The position numbers and the translations under genes were made by a program. Positions 13,040-25,849 of a stretch of DNA of 64,000 bases are shown here, piece by piece. Position 1 is the stretch's first letter. Each line of letters starts with the position of its first letter. Below the pieces are notes generated by a model that saw nothing but the letters and a program-made list of their open reading frames with translations, was not told where the DNA came from and made no database searches. The stretch is from Mobula hypostoma (Eukaryota), in contig NC_086097.1 in assembly GCF_963921235.1 (NCBI RefSeq), forward strand, positions 103,232,001-103,296,000, in the 5' to 3' direction.

Positions 13040-15720
13040 TAAATCCTCAGGGCCTGACAATGTTCCCTCAGAACCTGTAGGAGACTGGTGCAGAAATTGC
13101 AGGGGCCCCAGCAAAGGTTTAAAACATCCTTAGTGACAGGTGAGGTGCCAGAGGACTGGAGGACAGCTAGTGTTGTTCCATTGTTTAGGAAAGGCTCTAA
13201 GAATAAACAAGGAAATTATAGGCTGGTGAGCCTGACATTAGTAGTGGGAAAGCTATTGGAAAGTGTTCTAAGTGACCAGACCTATGAGTATTTGGATAGA
13301 CAGGGACTGATTAGAGATAGTCAATATCTCTTCCAGTAAGATGCAGCAGGTTCGAATGCAGTGGCCTATCAGGGGCCAATCAAAGGTTCACATTTTCTTC
13401 ATAAAATGTGTTTTTTTTAGGATCGTTATACTGGACTCCAAGAACAATGGGTACAGCAGGTCTACTGCATCAGTGATCTGCTTGTTGTTTGGAGCCACTG
13501 GCCGGGGTGTTGAAGAATGGTTGGGTCGGCAGGAGGAGGAGGAGTCGGCAGGAGGGGGAGGAGCCAGCAGGAGGAGGAGGGGGAGGAGGAGGAGGAGCCG
13601 GCAGGAGGAAAAGGAGGAGGACGAGCCAGCAGGAGGAGGAGGAGCCGGCAGGAGGAAAAGGAGGAGGAGGAGCTGGCAGGAGGAGGAGCCGGCAGGAGGA
13701 GGAGGAGGGGCCAGCGGACAGGCTGGCAGAAGGTTCAGAGGCCCATGTTTCTGACTCCTACTCAAAGACATTGGAGTTGATGCCCAAAAGCAGCTTGCAG
13801 TATAACGGTGAATGACTGTCTTGGACATTTCTCTTGGGATCGCAAGATGCTGTTGGACATTGTTAGTGTGAGATGCCACAGGCCTTTTTCCCTTATTTGG
13901 TGGAAGGACAGGCAATGAGGCAGCCGTGTGGCCTCGGTTGTAGTGAGGACAAGATTTCAAGTGGGCTTGCCTGTTGCTGCAGTCCAGAACGTTGGAGGCG
14001 TTGCAGAGTGGAGTCTGTGCTCAGTTGTGAGTTGGCCTCACCCATCAGCGCTGCCTCCAGTGTTCAACTGATGGAGTGACAGGCTGGGTTGCCAGAAGCT
14101 GTGCCAGCAATTTGCATGTCTCTCAGGGACTTGAACTGTATATGTGTTTTCTAGCATAATGATGTGTGTGTGTTTTTTTTTCTCTCTCACTATTTTGAAT
14201 GTATGTTATGCACCTTGGCCCCAGAGGCATGCTGTCTTGTTCCATAATTAAACTTGATTTGATTTGTGCATGCTATGTTTTGTCTAACCAATCTTATAGA
14301 GTTTTTTTTAGGAAGTTACCAGGAAAGTGGATGAAGGCAAGGCAGTGGATGTTGACTACATATACGTCACCAAGGCATCTGACAAAGTCCCACATGGGAA
14401 ATCGGTCAAGAAGGTTGAGTTGCTCGTCATTCAAGATGTGGTATTAAATTAGATTAAACATTGGCTTTGTGGGAAAAGCCACAGGGTGGTAGTAGATGGC
14501 TGCCTCTCTGATAAGAGGTCTGTGACTAGTGGTGTGCTTCAGGGATCGGTGCTGAGTACTTTGTTGTTTGTCATTTGTGTCAACGATCTGAATGATAATA
14601 TGGTTAACTAGATCAGCAAATTTGTGGATGACACCCAGATTGGGGATGTAGTGGATAGCGAGGAAGACTATCAAACCTTGTAGTGGGATCTAGACCATCT
14701 GGTAAAATAGACTGAAAAATGGTAGATGGAATTTAATACAGACAAGTGTAAGGTGTTGCACGTTGGGAGGACCAACCAGAGTTCGTCTTACACAGTGAGC
14801 AGTAGGGCACTGAGGACTGTGGTAGAACAGAGGGATCTGGGAATACAGATTCATAAGTCCTTAAAAGTGATGTCACAGGAGAAAGGATCATAAAGAAAGC
14901 TTTTGGCATGTTGGCTTTCATAAATCAATGTATGAAGTATAGGAACTCTACAGGCCAGGCAGCATCTACGGAAAAAGTAAACAGTTGATGTTTCGGCATC
15001 AGTCCTAATGAAGGGTCTGTCAGAAACGTCGACTGTTTAGTCTTTTCCATAGATGCTGCCTGCACTGCTGAGTTCCTCCAGAATTTTGTGTGTGTTGCTT
15101 GGATTTCCAGTGTCTACAGATTTTCCCGTGTTTGTTGAGTACAGGAGTTAGAGTGTTACGTTGAAATTGTGTAAAATGTTGATGAGGCTTAATTTGCAGT
15201 ATTGTATCCAGTTTTGGTCATCTACCAACAGGAAAGATGTAGATAGGGTTCAAAAAGTGCAGAGAAAATTTGCAAGGATGTTGCTGGGACCTGAGTTATA
15301 AGGAAAATTTGAATAGGTCCTTAGAACGTAGAAGATTGAGAGGAGACTTGATAGAAGTATACAGAATTATGAGGGGTATAGATAAGACAAATGCAAGCAG
15401 GCTTTTTCCACTTTAGTTGGGTGAGACGACAACCAGAGGTTATGGGTTAAGGGTGAAAGGTGAAAAATTTAAGGGGAATATGAGGGGGGAACTACTTCAC
15501 CTAGACGGTTGTGAGAGTGTGGAATGAGCTGCCAGCACCAGTGATGGACGTGTGGTCAATTGTAATACTTCAGAGAAATTTGGATAGGTACGTGGATGGG
15601 TGAGGTATGTAGGGTATTGGATTCAGGTCAATGGGACTAGGCAGATTATTGGTTTGGCACAAACTAGTTGGGTCAACAGGCCTGTTTCTGTGCTGTATTC
15701 TTCTATAACTCTATGACTAA
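13040..15720 (+). mobile_element. CR1 RT region and 3' end, interrupted at about 13325-14265 and 14945-15135
   Basis: TGEVPEDWRTASVVPLFRKG..GNYRLVSLTLVVGKLLE and downstream CR1 motifs, ending in a ctatgact-like tail. Confidence 0.8.
13528..13712 (+). repeat. Purine-rich (GGA)n-GCCGGCA minisatellite
   Basis: Repeated GGAGGAGGAGCCGGCA-type units. These explain the spurious Glu/Gly/Arg-rich ORFs here. Confidence 0.9.
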
Positions 15721-17901
15721 AATGTGGATGGTTGGTTAGTAAGTCTGCAGACATTACAAGAATTGGTGAAGTTGCAGTCAGTGAAGTAGGTGGCCAAAGG
15801 ATACAGCAGGGTATATATGAGTTACTGTCATGGGCATAGAAATCGTAGATGGAGTTTAATTCGGGCAGGTGTGAGGTATTGCACTTTGGGAGGTTAAATG
15901 TAAAGGGAAAGTGCAATTAATGGCTGGACCCTTTACGCCAACAATGAATAGAAGGTCCAAGTCCATAACTCCTTGAAAGTGGTAATGCACAAAGATGGAC
16001 TGCCTTCATCACTAGGATCATGAAGTGTTAAAGTCAATGTCATTCTTGTCGCCACATTACAAGAGGGTATGGAAGCTTCCAAGAGCATTGAGGAGAGGAT
16101 GCTGCTTGTAATGGGGGATATTAGCTAAATGGAGAGGTTGGACAAAGTTTGATTGTTCTCTTTGGAGGAAACTCGATAAAAGTTTATAAGAGATTATGAG
16201 AGGCATTGATGGAGTTGATAGTCTTTTTCCAAGGGTAGAAATGTCAAAATACAATAGGGCATTGGTTTAAGGTGAGGTAAGGAAAGTTTCAAGGGATGTG
16301 TGGGGCAAGTGTTTTTTTTTACACAGGGAGTGGTAGGAACCTGTGATGTGCTGCCAGAGGATGCTGGTGGAAGCAGAGGCTTCTTGATAGCAACATGAAT
16401 ATGCAGGAAGGATATGGATCATGGTTGCAGGAAGGGTGAGTTTAATTTGGCACAATACTTGGCACCGAAATTGTGGGCCAAAGAGCATGTTCCTGTGCTG
16501 TACCGTACTGTTTCATACTCTACACTCTTGAGTACAAAGGATTGAGGGGTGTTGTTTGTGAAACATACAAAATTGATAAAAGTAGGGATGTTAACTTCCC
16601 TCAGGGTCGTAGACTTTCAGAGCAGAAATCAGATTTGGAAAGCATTGTATATGGACTTAAAATTTAGCATTGTAACTTTTCTCTAATTGTATTACTCTAG
16701 AAAAATCTCCAAGTGCTTATGCGTTGGTTCATGTTAGTATTTTAGAAAATTTTTTGGGGGTTCGGGTGGTTCATTTTGGGTCCGTTTTTAATTTTATACC
16801 AAGCTGATTTCTAGTTTGTGAACTATTGTGCACTGAATTATGTTAAGCCCACCACAGATATGTCCAATGAAGAAATTGAGCAAATTTAAATTTATATAGT
16901 GTCTTCTAACCTTGGCACATCCCAAACTGCTGTGTTGAAGAGTGCTTGTGAAATATTGTAATATGGCACATGAAGTTCCATAAATAACAATGAGTGAAAT
17001 AATCAGTTTCCCTAATGTGATTGGGTGATAAGTATTAAGAAGCATGTTGGCTTTCTTTTGAATACTGCTATAGAATCTTTTGCACTTTGAGATTGCAGAC
17101 TGTTTAAAGTTTCCACAAATAGGTGGTACCTTATTGCAGCATTTGGTACTGATCTGTGGCTTTGTCATGCCAGAGGATCTATAGACTGCAGTGTTTTCTC
17201 ACAGTATGTTAACCCCTCCCCCCTTTCACTCAGTGCACATGTGTGAATTATTTTAGCACAACTTCAAACTCAGCTGACAGTTCGGTCAAAGGAGGCAGAG
17301 GAACACTTGCAGGACGCTTTAAGTCAGTGGTCTGGGCAATGTTCAGGGATTCTTTTTTTTTTAATTTTTATTTGGATAAGGAATTCACAATTATCATGTA
17401 CTTTTTTCACACAGATGACCTTTTCCATTTTTTTATATGTATAAAACTACAATTATTTATACATTCTTAAGTACACATTGAGATGATATAAAAGGAAAGT
17501 AAACATTTAAATAGATAATTATGTACTGTGGTAAATCTAACCTATTAGGCTAAGTAATGAAATTAGTTGTTAAGAAAAATGGTAATAATAGTTTCCATAC
17601 AACCCTTCTGGACCATTTCCACTGGTCCAAAATGTTGCATACAAGCCTATATACCAACCATTGTAGGTGTTTATATCCCAATTTGTTCGTGCTTGTTCCT
17701 GCCCGCAGACATAATTATCCAATCCCTATGTACTTATTTACTTAATTTTTTCATTTTTTTTTATCCCTTTCCCAAATCTTTCCCTTTACTTGTGTTAATT
17801 CTCTATTTTCCAAAAAAAGAAAACAAACATTTAGACTAGGGGTGCTTACGTTAGCAATATTACTGTGTTGATGAGAAGAGCAATATAAATCATTAGGAGA
17901 G

Positions 17902-20900
17902 TCATCTAAAGTCTGCTCGCATTGGGGTTATATATTCAATCCATTTATTCCAGATTTGATAAAATGTTTCTTTTTGAGTTCTCAGGAGTAAGTCAACTTT
18001 TCCATTTTAAATATTTATAAGATAATTTCGTACCAATCTTCTAATGTAGGTGGTATTGGATTTAGCCATTTTCTAGTGATTGATTTCTTACTTGCCGCTA
18101 AGAGGGCCTGCAGCAACTTTATATCTTCCTTCTGTTCAAGGAACAATACATGCCCCAAATAGAGCGTCTCAAAGTTCAGAGGTATCTGGGACCTAAGTAC
18201 CTTAACTAATGTTCTATGAATACCTTCCCAAAATAGACTTAATTTAGGGCAATCCCAGAAAATATGAAAATGATTTGCCTCCTTGGAGCCGCACCTTCTC
18301 CAACACATCACATTTGTATCTTTATATTTTTCCTGATATGGGGTCTTGAAGTATCTTATAATGTTTTTCCAACAATGTTCTCTCCAAGTCAAAGAATTAG
18401 TCGAGGACCATTGAAAGCTGCAGATTTTCCCCCAAGCCTCCTCTGAAAGTACCAACCCCGCTTCTTTCTCCCACTTCTCTTTAATATACAGTGTATTTAC
18501 ATTTTTAGCATGGGAGAGTGCATTATATAGGCGAGAAACTGATTTACTAGGTATTGAACTGCAAGCCAAATTCAGAATCTTGAAAAATTCTAATTCTACT
18601 GTTGATAGGTCTGTATATCTACAACTCTGGTTAACATAGTTTCGTATTTGAAGGTACCTAAAAAAGTCATTATGTTCTAGGCCATGTTTGTCCTGCAGGA
18701 TTTGGAAACTTTGTAATACTCTTTTATCTATAAATGAGAGGTAGGTTGTAAGACCTTTCTTTATCCATAGCTCAAATCTTTTATCTCCTCTGTTGGGAAG
18801 GAATTCGGTATCATATGCACACCATCTAAAGAGTTTTAACATGTTATTAATTCCACATGAATTAACCACCTTCTGCCATACTTTTAATGTAAGATTTATC
18901 CAAGCATTATTAAATTTTTCCAACTGGGCCATCAATCCTTTGTCAGCTATTGAGGCCTGAAGAGGAAAACTGTCAACTAATCCAAATTCTATTTCCTTCC
19001 ATCTAGCCTTATATTCCCTATTACACCAATATAACAGAGGGGTTATCTGTGAGGCATAAAAATAATTTCTCAGGCAAGGAAGAACCATACCTCCTCCTTC
19101 CTTCCCTAACTGTAAGGTGTTATATCGAATTCTAGGTTTCCTTCCTTGCCAAATGAAGCGGGAAATCCATTTGTCCCATTCCCTGAATTGATTATCATCC
19201 ACCTCCACTGGTAAAGTACGGAAAAGATATAATAACCGAGGAAGAATATTCATTTTTATAGTATTTATCCTTGAATTTAAACTTAAAAAGGGGATAAGAT
19301 TCCATCTATGCATATCTGCTTTTATCTCTGAGATTAATGGCCCATAATTTACCTGTGACAGTGTTGAAAGATCCTTTGGCAGGGTTATTCCTAAATATTT
19401 TAATGATTTAGCTTCCCATTTAAGATCATATGTATCCTGCAATTTTTTGGATGGTGTATAATTTAGGGACATAACCTGCGTTTTCTTTACATTTATTTTA
19501 TAACCTGATATTTTCCCAAAGTCATCCAACAGTGTAAACAATCCTATAAATGATTTTTCTGGTTCACTCAGATAGACCAAAACATCATCTGCGAATAACG
19601 CCACTTTCTGTTCAATCCCTGCCACCTTGATACCTTTTACGATTTCGCTCTGTCTTATTAGTTGGGCAAGTGGTTCAATATATAGCGCAAAAAGGAGAGG
19701 AGAAATTGGGCATCCCTGTCTAGTGCCTCTCTCTAAAATGAAGGAGTCAGAGAGGTCCCCATTTATCTTAATTCGGGCTGTAGGGCTGTCATATAGAGTC
19801 TGAATTACTTTAATAAACCTTTCTTGAAAGCCGAATCTTCCTAACACTCTGTATAGGAATGCCCAACTAACCGAATCAAAAGCTTTCTCAGCGTCCAATC
19901 CTACTACCATTGTCTCTGTCTCGTTCTTATTAACCTGTTCTAATATGTGCAGAGTTCTCCTTATGTTGTCCTGTGTTTGTCTTTGTTGAATAAATCCAGT
20001 CTGGTCTAAATGGATTAGGCCAGGTAAAAGCTTTTCCAATCTGCGCGCTAATATAGATGTAAATAGTTTGTAATCTAAATTAAGAACACTAATTGGTCGA
20101 TAATTGCCACATTCTAGTTTATCTTTACCCTCTTTAGGAATAACTGAAATAATCGCTTCTCTCCAGGAAGGTGGAGTTTCTCCTCTCTGCAAGATCCAAT
20201 TAAAGGTGTTAAGTAGTAATGGGGCTAACTGTGTCTTCAGGGACTTGTACCACTCTGAGGTAAACCCATCAGAGCCCGGGGACTTTCCAGCCTTTAACCT
20301 AGAGATGGCCACGTTCAGTTCTTTGACAGTTACTGGTTCTAATAAACTTTCATTTTGTAAATCTGTAAGTTTAGGTAGATCTAAAAAATTCAATACACTG
20401 TCTATATAGGGCTCATTGGGGGCCCGGGTTGGGAGTACAGCTCTCGATAATATGTTTCAAAACTCTCTTGAATTTTCCCTGTTGTACTCTCCACAAGCTT
20501 TGTCTTTGGATTCTTTATTTTATGAATTGTATTGTCTGCTTGTTGTTTTCGTAATTTATATGCTAATAATCTAGCTGATTTACCTCCTACTTCATAATTC
20601 TTTTGTCTCAGGTAAAGAAAATTTCTTTTGAGTTTCCAATGTATAAATATCATCAATTTCACTTTGCAATTTCCTAATTTCCTGTTTTCGATTTGAATTA
20701 TTTTTGTTGCTATCTACAACTTGAAGTTGTTTTAATTTTCCTTGAAGGTCTGCTAATTTTTGTGCATTGATTTTTTTCATGTGAGTAGTGATGGAAATAA
20801 TTTTCCCTCTCAGTACAGCTTTCAATGTATCCCATAAAATCACTGGTGATGTTTCTCCCGTGTCATTAAGGTCTAGATATTCTTTGATTTCTCCCCTTAA

Positions 20901-21690
20901 TCTCTCCATTACTTTTGGGTTATTGAGTATATGTGAGTTTAGCCTCCATAGTGTTTTCCTCATTTTCCTTTCCAGGATTAGAGACATAGAGACTGGGCTA
21001 TGATCCGACAGATCAATTGTTGCAATATTACAGTTTTTTATCCTGAGTCTATCTGTATTAAAGATAAAGAAATAGTCTATCCTTGAATAGGCTGAATGAG
21101 GGAAAGAGTAATATGTATAATCTTTACTAGTAGGGTGTAATTCCCTCCAGACATCTATAATTCCCAACTCCTCCATCAATGAATTCACTTTCCGAGTCAG
21201 AGGTTTATTCTGAGTAACTATTCTTGAAGAATCTAATATAGGATTTAATCTAATATTAAAATCCCCTCCACAAATTACTACCCCTCGAGAACTGACCATT
21301 AGGTCAAAAATGTGTCTATAAAATGACCATTCACTACCTGGAGGAGCATAAACATTCAGCAATGTTATTTCTGTACCTTCTATTCTTCCTGTGATTTTTA
21401 CAAACCGTCCTTCTTTGTCTCTAGTCTCTGAAATATGTTCATAATTAAGAGTACTTGATATTAAAGTAGCTACCCCTCTTTTGTGACTCAATTTATATGA
21501 TGAATAAAATACATGCTTAAAGCCCATTCTTTTTAATTTTCCATGTTCAGATTGGCTCATATGTGTTTCCTGGAGGAAAGCTATTTGTGCCCTCTCTTTT
21601 TTCAATTTAGACATAATCTTATTTCTTTTAATTGGATTCAAAACCCCATTAACATTATAGGAAATTATTTTTACCAATTCAGTTTGCATT
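17902..21690 (-). pseudogene. L1 ORF2p (APE endonuclease, RT, CCHC) with frameshifts near 20625, 20420 and 17985 and a premature stop at 18015
   Basis: ISYNVNG, FLQETH, GGDFN, SRIDYF, SDH; KSPGSDG, NYRPISVLN, LDAEKAFD, GTRQGCPISP, LFADD, KYLGI; CWRRC..HIFWDC. Confidence 0.93.
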
Positions 21691-22135
21691 TTTCTCCAGT
21701 AGAAAAAAAGCACTCTCCTTTTCTAACCAAACAGTAAGCAATCCCTTCTCAACAGTAAACCAAGACATATAACCACACCCTAGACATTTCTGAACGTATA
21801 ACATTTGAAAATTTTTCCCGACTTCCCACAGTGAGGCCTGAGCACCGCCCCGCCTCAGTTCAGAGGGATAACCTCTATCTTCACCCTGTGTTAGAGGGCC
21901 CTCAGCAGTTTGAATAATCATAGAGAATTTTCTCCTATTTATGTCTCGACCATATTGCTATCATTCAAGTTATTCCGCCTAGTTTATTTTCAGTTACCAG
22001 TTTTCATTTTACTTTTAAGTCTGATTTACTCTTTTCAGTCATTTCTCTTAATTAATCTGTATTCTCTGTACATTCGCGTCTGAATATTTGCAGCTTTTCC
22101 TTGTAGTTTGACACTCTGGTTCGAGTGGAGCGTCC

Positions 22136-23039
22136 TCACCCCACTAACTGCCACGACTTATGCCGAATCCTCTCCAGTAGCGACTCCGGTTGGGTGATAA
22201 CTTTAATAGGTAGTCCCCGGTCCGCCAGGTCCAACGTTGCCTCCTCCACCGTAGCGTAAGTTTTTGTCCCTTCGTCGTAAAAGACTCTCAGCCGAGCTGG
22301 ATACAGGGTCTGGAATCTGATGTTGTTTTCCTTCAGGACTCTCCGTGTTTCCGTATATTCCTTCCGTCTGGCAAGAATCCCCGGTGCGTAGTCGTGGTCT
22401 AAACTGATTTTGCAGTTGTTCCACATGAAACCTTTCTTTTGCCATGCTCTTTTAAGCACCTCTTCCTTCGTTCTGTAACTGAGAAATCTGATCAGAATTG
22501 ATCTGGGCTGGGCGCCTGCCGGAGGCTGTGGTGCCAATGCGCAGTGAGCCCTTCCTATCTGTAGGTCTTTTGCGGCCGGTATATCAAGGTTCTCTCTAAG
22601 CAGCCTCTCCACGAAGGGAATCATCAATCCGGGTTTACCTTCGGTTCCTTCGGGAACTCCGTAGATCCTCACATTTTCCCTTCTCGAGCGGCCTTCCCGA
22701 TCCACCAGCTTCCACTGGAGCTGGTCTTGTAGCTTCAGCTATTTCTGCTATCACTTCCTCGGCGTTCCGTAGCTTCTCCTCAATTCCAACAATCCTCGCT
22801 TCGGCTTCATCTATCCGCGAGTTAGTTTTTACTATTTCTCCTTTAATATCCTCCAGCTGTTTGCTGTTATCTTGTCGGAACTTGCAAATCTCTCCGAGAA
22901 TCAAAGACAGAGTCACTGATTTCCCCTCATTATCTCCGTCCTGTATTGCCGTGGGAGAGCTAGGCCCGTCACCTTGCTGCATCTCTTTATGTTTATCAGC
23001 CTTCGAAGCGGACTTTTTATTCTTGTTCTTAGACATCAT
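22136..23039 (-). pseudogene. L1 ORF1p (coiled coil plus RRM/CTD), one frameshift near 22740
   Basis: EGRSRRENVRIYGVPEG, IGRAH, PRSILIRFL, LYPARLRV are L1 ORF1 (Transposase_22-like) motifs. Confidence 0.9.
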
Positions 23040-23934
23040 CCTTGCCCCTTTTATTAATATAGTTATGCAATATTAAGTATTTGTCTAAATTCGATTTTGG
23101 GGCAGTTTACCTTCTTTTTTGTCGAGAGACCTTTTCCTTACACCGCCATTCCCTTGATGACCCGGAAGTCCTCCTCCAATGTTCAGGGATTCATCTTCAA
23201 ATCTGAATGAATATGTCACAGTTGTCGTCGACTTCATCAAGACCTGTGTGGATGAGTGGCTGCCTTAGAGAAGCAGGTGGGAGGAGAAGAGAAGCAGCGC
23301 GCTGCACGTATGCAGCCCTCCGATGAAAAATGATATCGTATCTGTTAAATAGGGGCCGTGGACAATTCTGATTTGATGAAGATGGACATGAAAGCACAGA
23401 GGAACATGTGGAAAAATTTCTGAAACGCTCGTTTGCTGCTGTCATTATTGCGCAGTCGGGAATCTTTCGGAGGGTAGGCCTCAAAATCCCCGGCTTTGCC
23501 TGCTGTTGGTGACCGAGAAGGAGGTCGAATCGTTCGGATAGTGATGGCGCTCAGTACTCGGTGTCGGAGAGCTGATCAGAGCTCGAAGTTTTCGGATGAC
23601 TCAGAGTCCATCTGTGGTCGGCATGGCGGGGAGAGTTTTTCTTCTTTCTCTCCGTCTGTGTGAGATGTGGGATATTTGGGTGACTTTGAACTTTTACTGT
23701 GCTCATGGACTTCTTCATCAAGTTATGGTATTGTTGCACTGTTGTAACTATATGTTACAATTATGTGGTATTGTTAGTTTTTTTTAGTCTTGGTCTGTCC
23801 TGTGTTCACACCGGAGGAAATATTGTATCATTTCTTAATGCATGCATTACTAAATGACAATAAAAGAGGACTGCGTGTCTTCATAATCTAATATACCGGA
23901 CATCCCAGACCAAAAGCCATGGATGTGGTTTCCT

Positions 23935-25220
23935 CCTCCTGAAGTCAATAATCAGCTCCTTGGCCTTGCTGACATTGAATGAGAGGCTGTTGTTGTGACA
24001 CCACTCGGACAGATTTTCAGTCTTCCTCCTATATGCTGATTCTTCACCACCTTTGATTCAGCCAACGACAGTGCTGTCATCAGCAAACTTAAATGTGGCA
24101 TTGTAGCTGTGCTAAGCTTCACAGTCATAAGTATAAAGCAAACAGAGCAGGGGGCTAAGCACAAAGCCTAATGGTGAACCTGTGCTGATGGTGATTGTGG
24201 AGGAGCAGGAGCTGCCGTTCCAAACTGACTGGGGTCTGCAGATGAGGACGTCGAGGATCCAATTGAACAAGTAGGTATTAAGGCCAAGCTCTTGCAGCTT
24301 ATTGATTAGCTTTGAAGGGATGAAAGTATTGAATGCTGAGCTGTAGTCAATGAATTGCATCCTAATGTGTGCACCTTCGCTGTCTAGATCTTCCAGGGTT
24401 GAGTGAAGAGCCAGTGAAATGGCATCTGCTACGGACTACTTCTGCGTCAAATCTATGCCGTAGGTACGGCGTAGTCGCATACCCTACGCCGTAGCCTGAC
24501 GCGCACCTCCCCAAAAATGTAACTACACGTCGTGGCGACACAGACCTCAACAACTGTGATTGGTCTGCTTGGTAGCATCGCATTTCCTCCTACGCTGCAT
24601 AGCTTCCCATTGGGCGACTGAAGGGCAGGGAAGGAACTCTGGCTGCAATGCTTTCCATAGAGGTTTACAGACCTCCAAAATTATGGAGGATCCTGTGCTT
24701 GACGCCAGTTTGTAGCTAGCTGCTACAGCCTGTTGACTTCCACCTGAAGCTAAAACTTGAATAGTGATTGCCAGTCTCTGAGTATACTGTGCGTACACTG
24801 ATGCGGAATAAATGGTTGGAGACGATGAACCAAATCGTCAAATCTACCTGCCGACATCCAAAAATATTTGAAATGCATTCCCTCGTCCATGTCTCTCAGT
24901 GGCCGGACAAGCACGGAAAATTCACTCTCCTTCAGTTTCAGTTGCCATTGTTTGAAGTTTGGGTTTCTTCGTGTTGAGTTTCAACACGAAGAAACTCAAC
25001 ACAGTGGCATAGAAACCCCACCGCCAACTAGCATTTTGGCGGTGAATTGAAGAGCGATGCAGACACACCGACGTGCAAGTATAAATGCTCACAACAGCAT
25101 AGGCCACTTGCATAGGCTACTGCGCAGAAGTATATATCAGCCTTTAGGCAGGAGCTGATATGCTTCATCACCAGCCTCTCAAAGCAGTTCATCACAGTGG
25201 ATGTAAGTGCAACTGGATAG
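23935..25220 (-). mobile_element. Rex1/Babar-like LINE RT fragment (hosts the Harbinger piece)
   Basis: [51 protein letters not shown]. Confidence 0.75.
24437..25143 (-). mobile_element. PIF/Harbinger deletion derivative with a transposase fragment
   Basis: Minus-strand [32 protein letters not shown] and [25 protein letters not shown]...[18 protein letters not shown] (HARBI1/ALP1-like). Inverted TACTTCTGCG (24437-24446) / CGCAGAAGTA (25123-25132); TTA at the right flank. Confidence 0.75.
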
Positions 25221-25849
25221 ATTGGAGAGGAGATTGAGGGGTAGGATTTGTGCACATTTGGAAATACATGTCGATGTTATGTGCTAGAACATGTCAATGC
25301 TAAAAAAGAGGATGTCAAGTGAGGTTTATTGTCATTTTCATATGTATATAACATACATAATGATATAGAAACGAGACAATGTTTCTTCAGTCCAGGGTGT
25401 TAAGCACATAACACACAATAACTCATGAAGTTAAGGATAAAATCTACAGATGAATCACATATAAATAACAAACTAAAGTGTATTAATATTAAATATTGTA
25501 AAGTATGGAACAGATTTACCAGTGACACTTCAAATACGATGCAGCCAGGAGTTCAGAAGCCTAATGGCTTGGGGAAAGAAACTGTTTCCCATCCTGACCA
25601 TTCTTGTTTTTATGCATCGTAGTCTCCTGCCTGATGGTAGCAAATCAGAGGATACTGGATGAATGGGTGGGATCCTTCAGGGCTCTGAGTACTCAGCAAT
25701 ATCCCCGATGGATGGTAGGGAGACCCCTATGATCTTCTCAGCTGTTCTCACAGCCCTTTGTAGGGACTGCTTGACTGCTTTCATACCAGATGAAGATTGA
25801 ACTTGTCAGGATGCTCTTAATGCGCTGATACTTTTAGAAAAAAAAATAG

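Larger units (their letters stand above)
17353..23176 (-). mobile_element. Full-length L1/Tx1-type LINE (about 5.8 kb), slightly decayed
   Basis: 16-bp TSD CAATGTTCAGGGATTC at 17337-17352 and 23177-23192. Poly(A) tail seen as a T-run from 17353. ORF1 and ORF2 present. Confidence 0.95.

Noticed and set aside
13341..13960. Overlapping Glu/Gly/Arg- or Pro/Leu-rich ORFs
   Set aside because: By-products of the GGA minisatellite; open in several frames with no splice or domain support.
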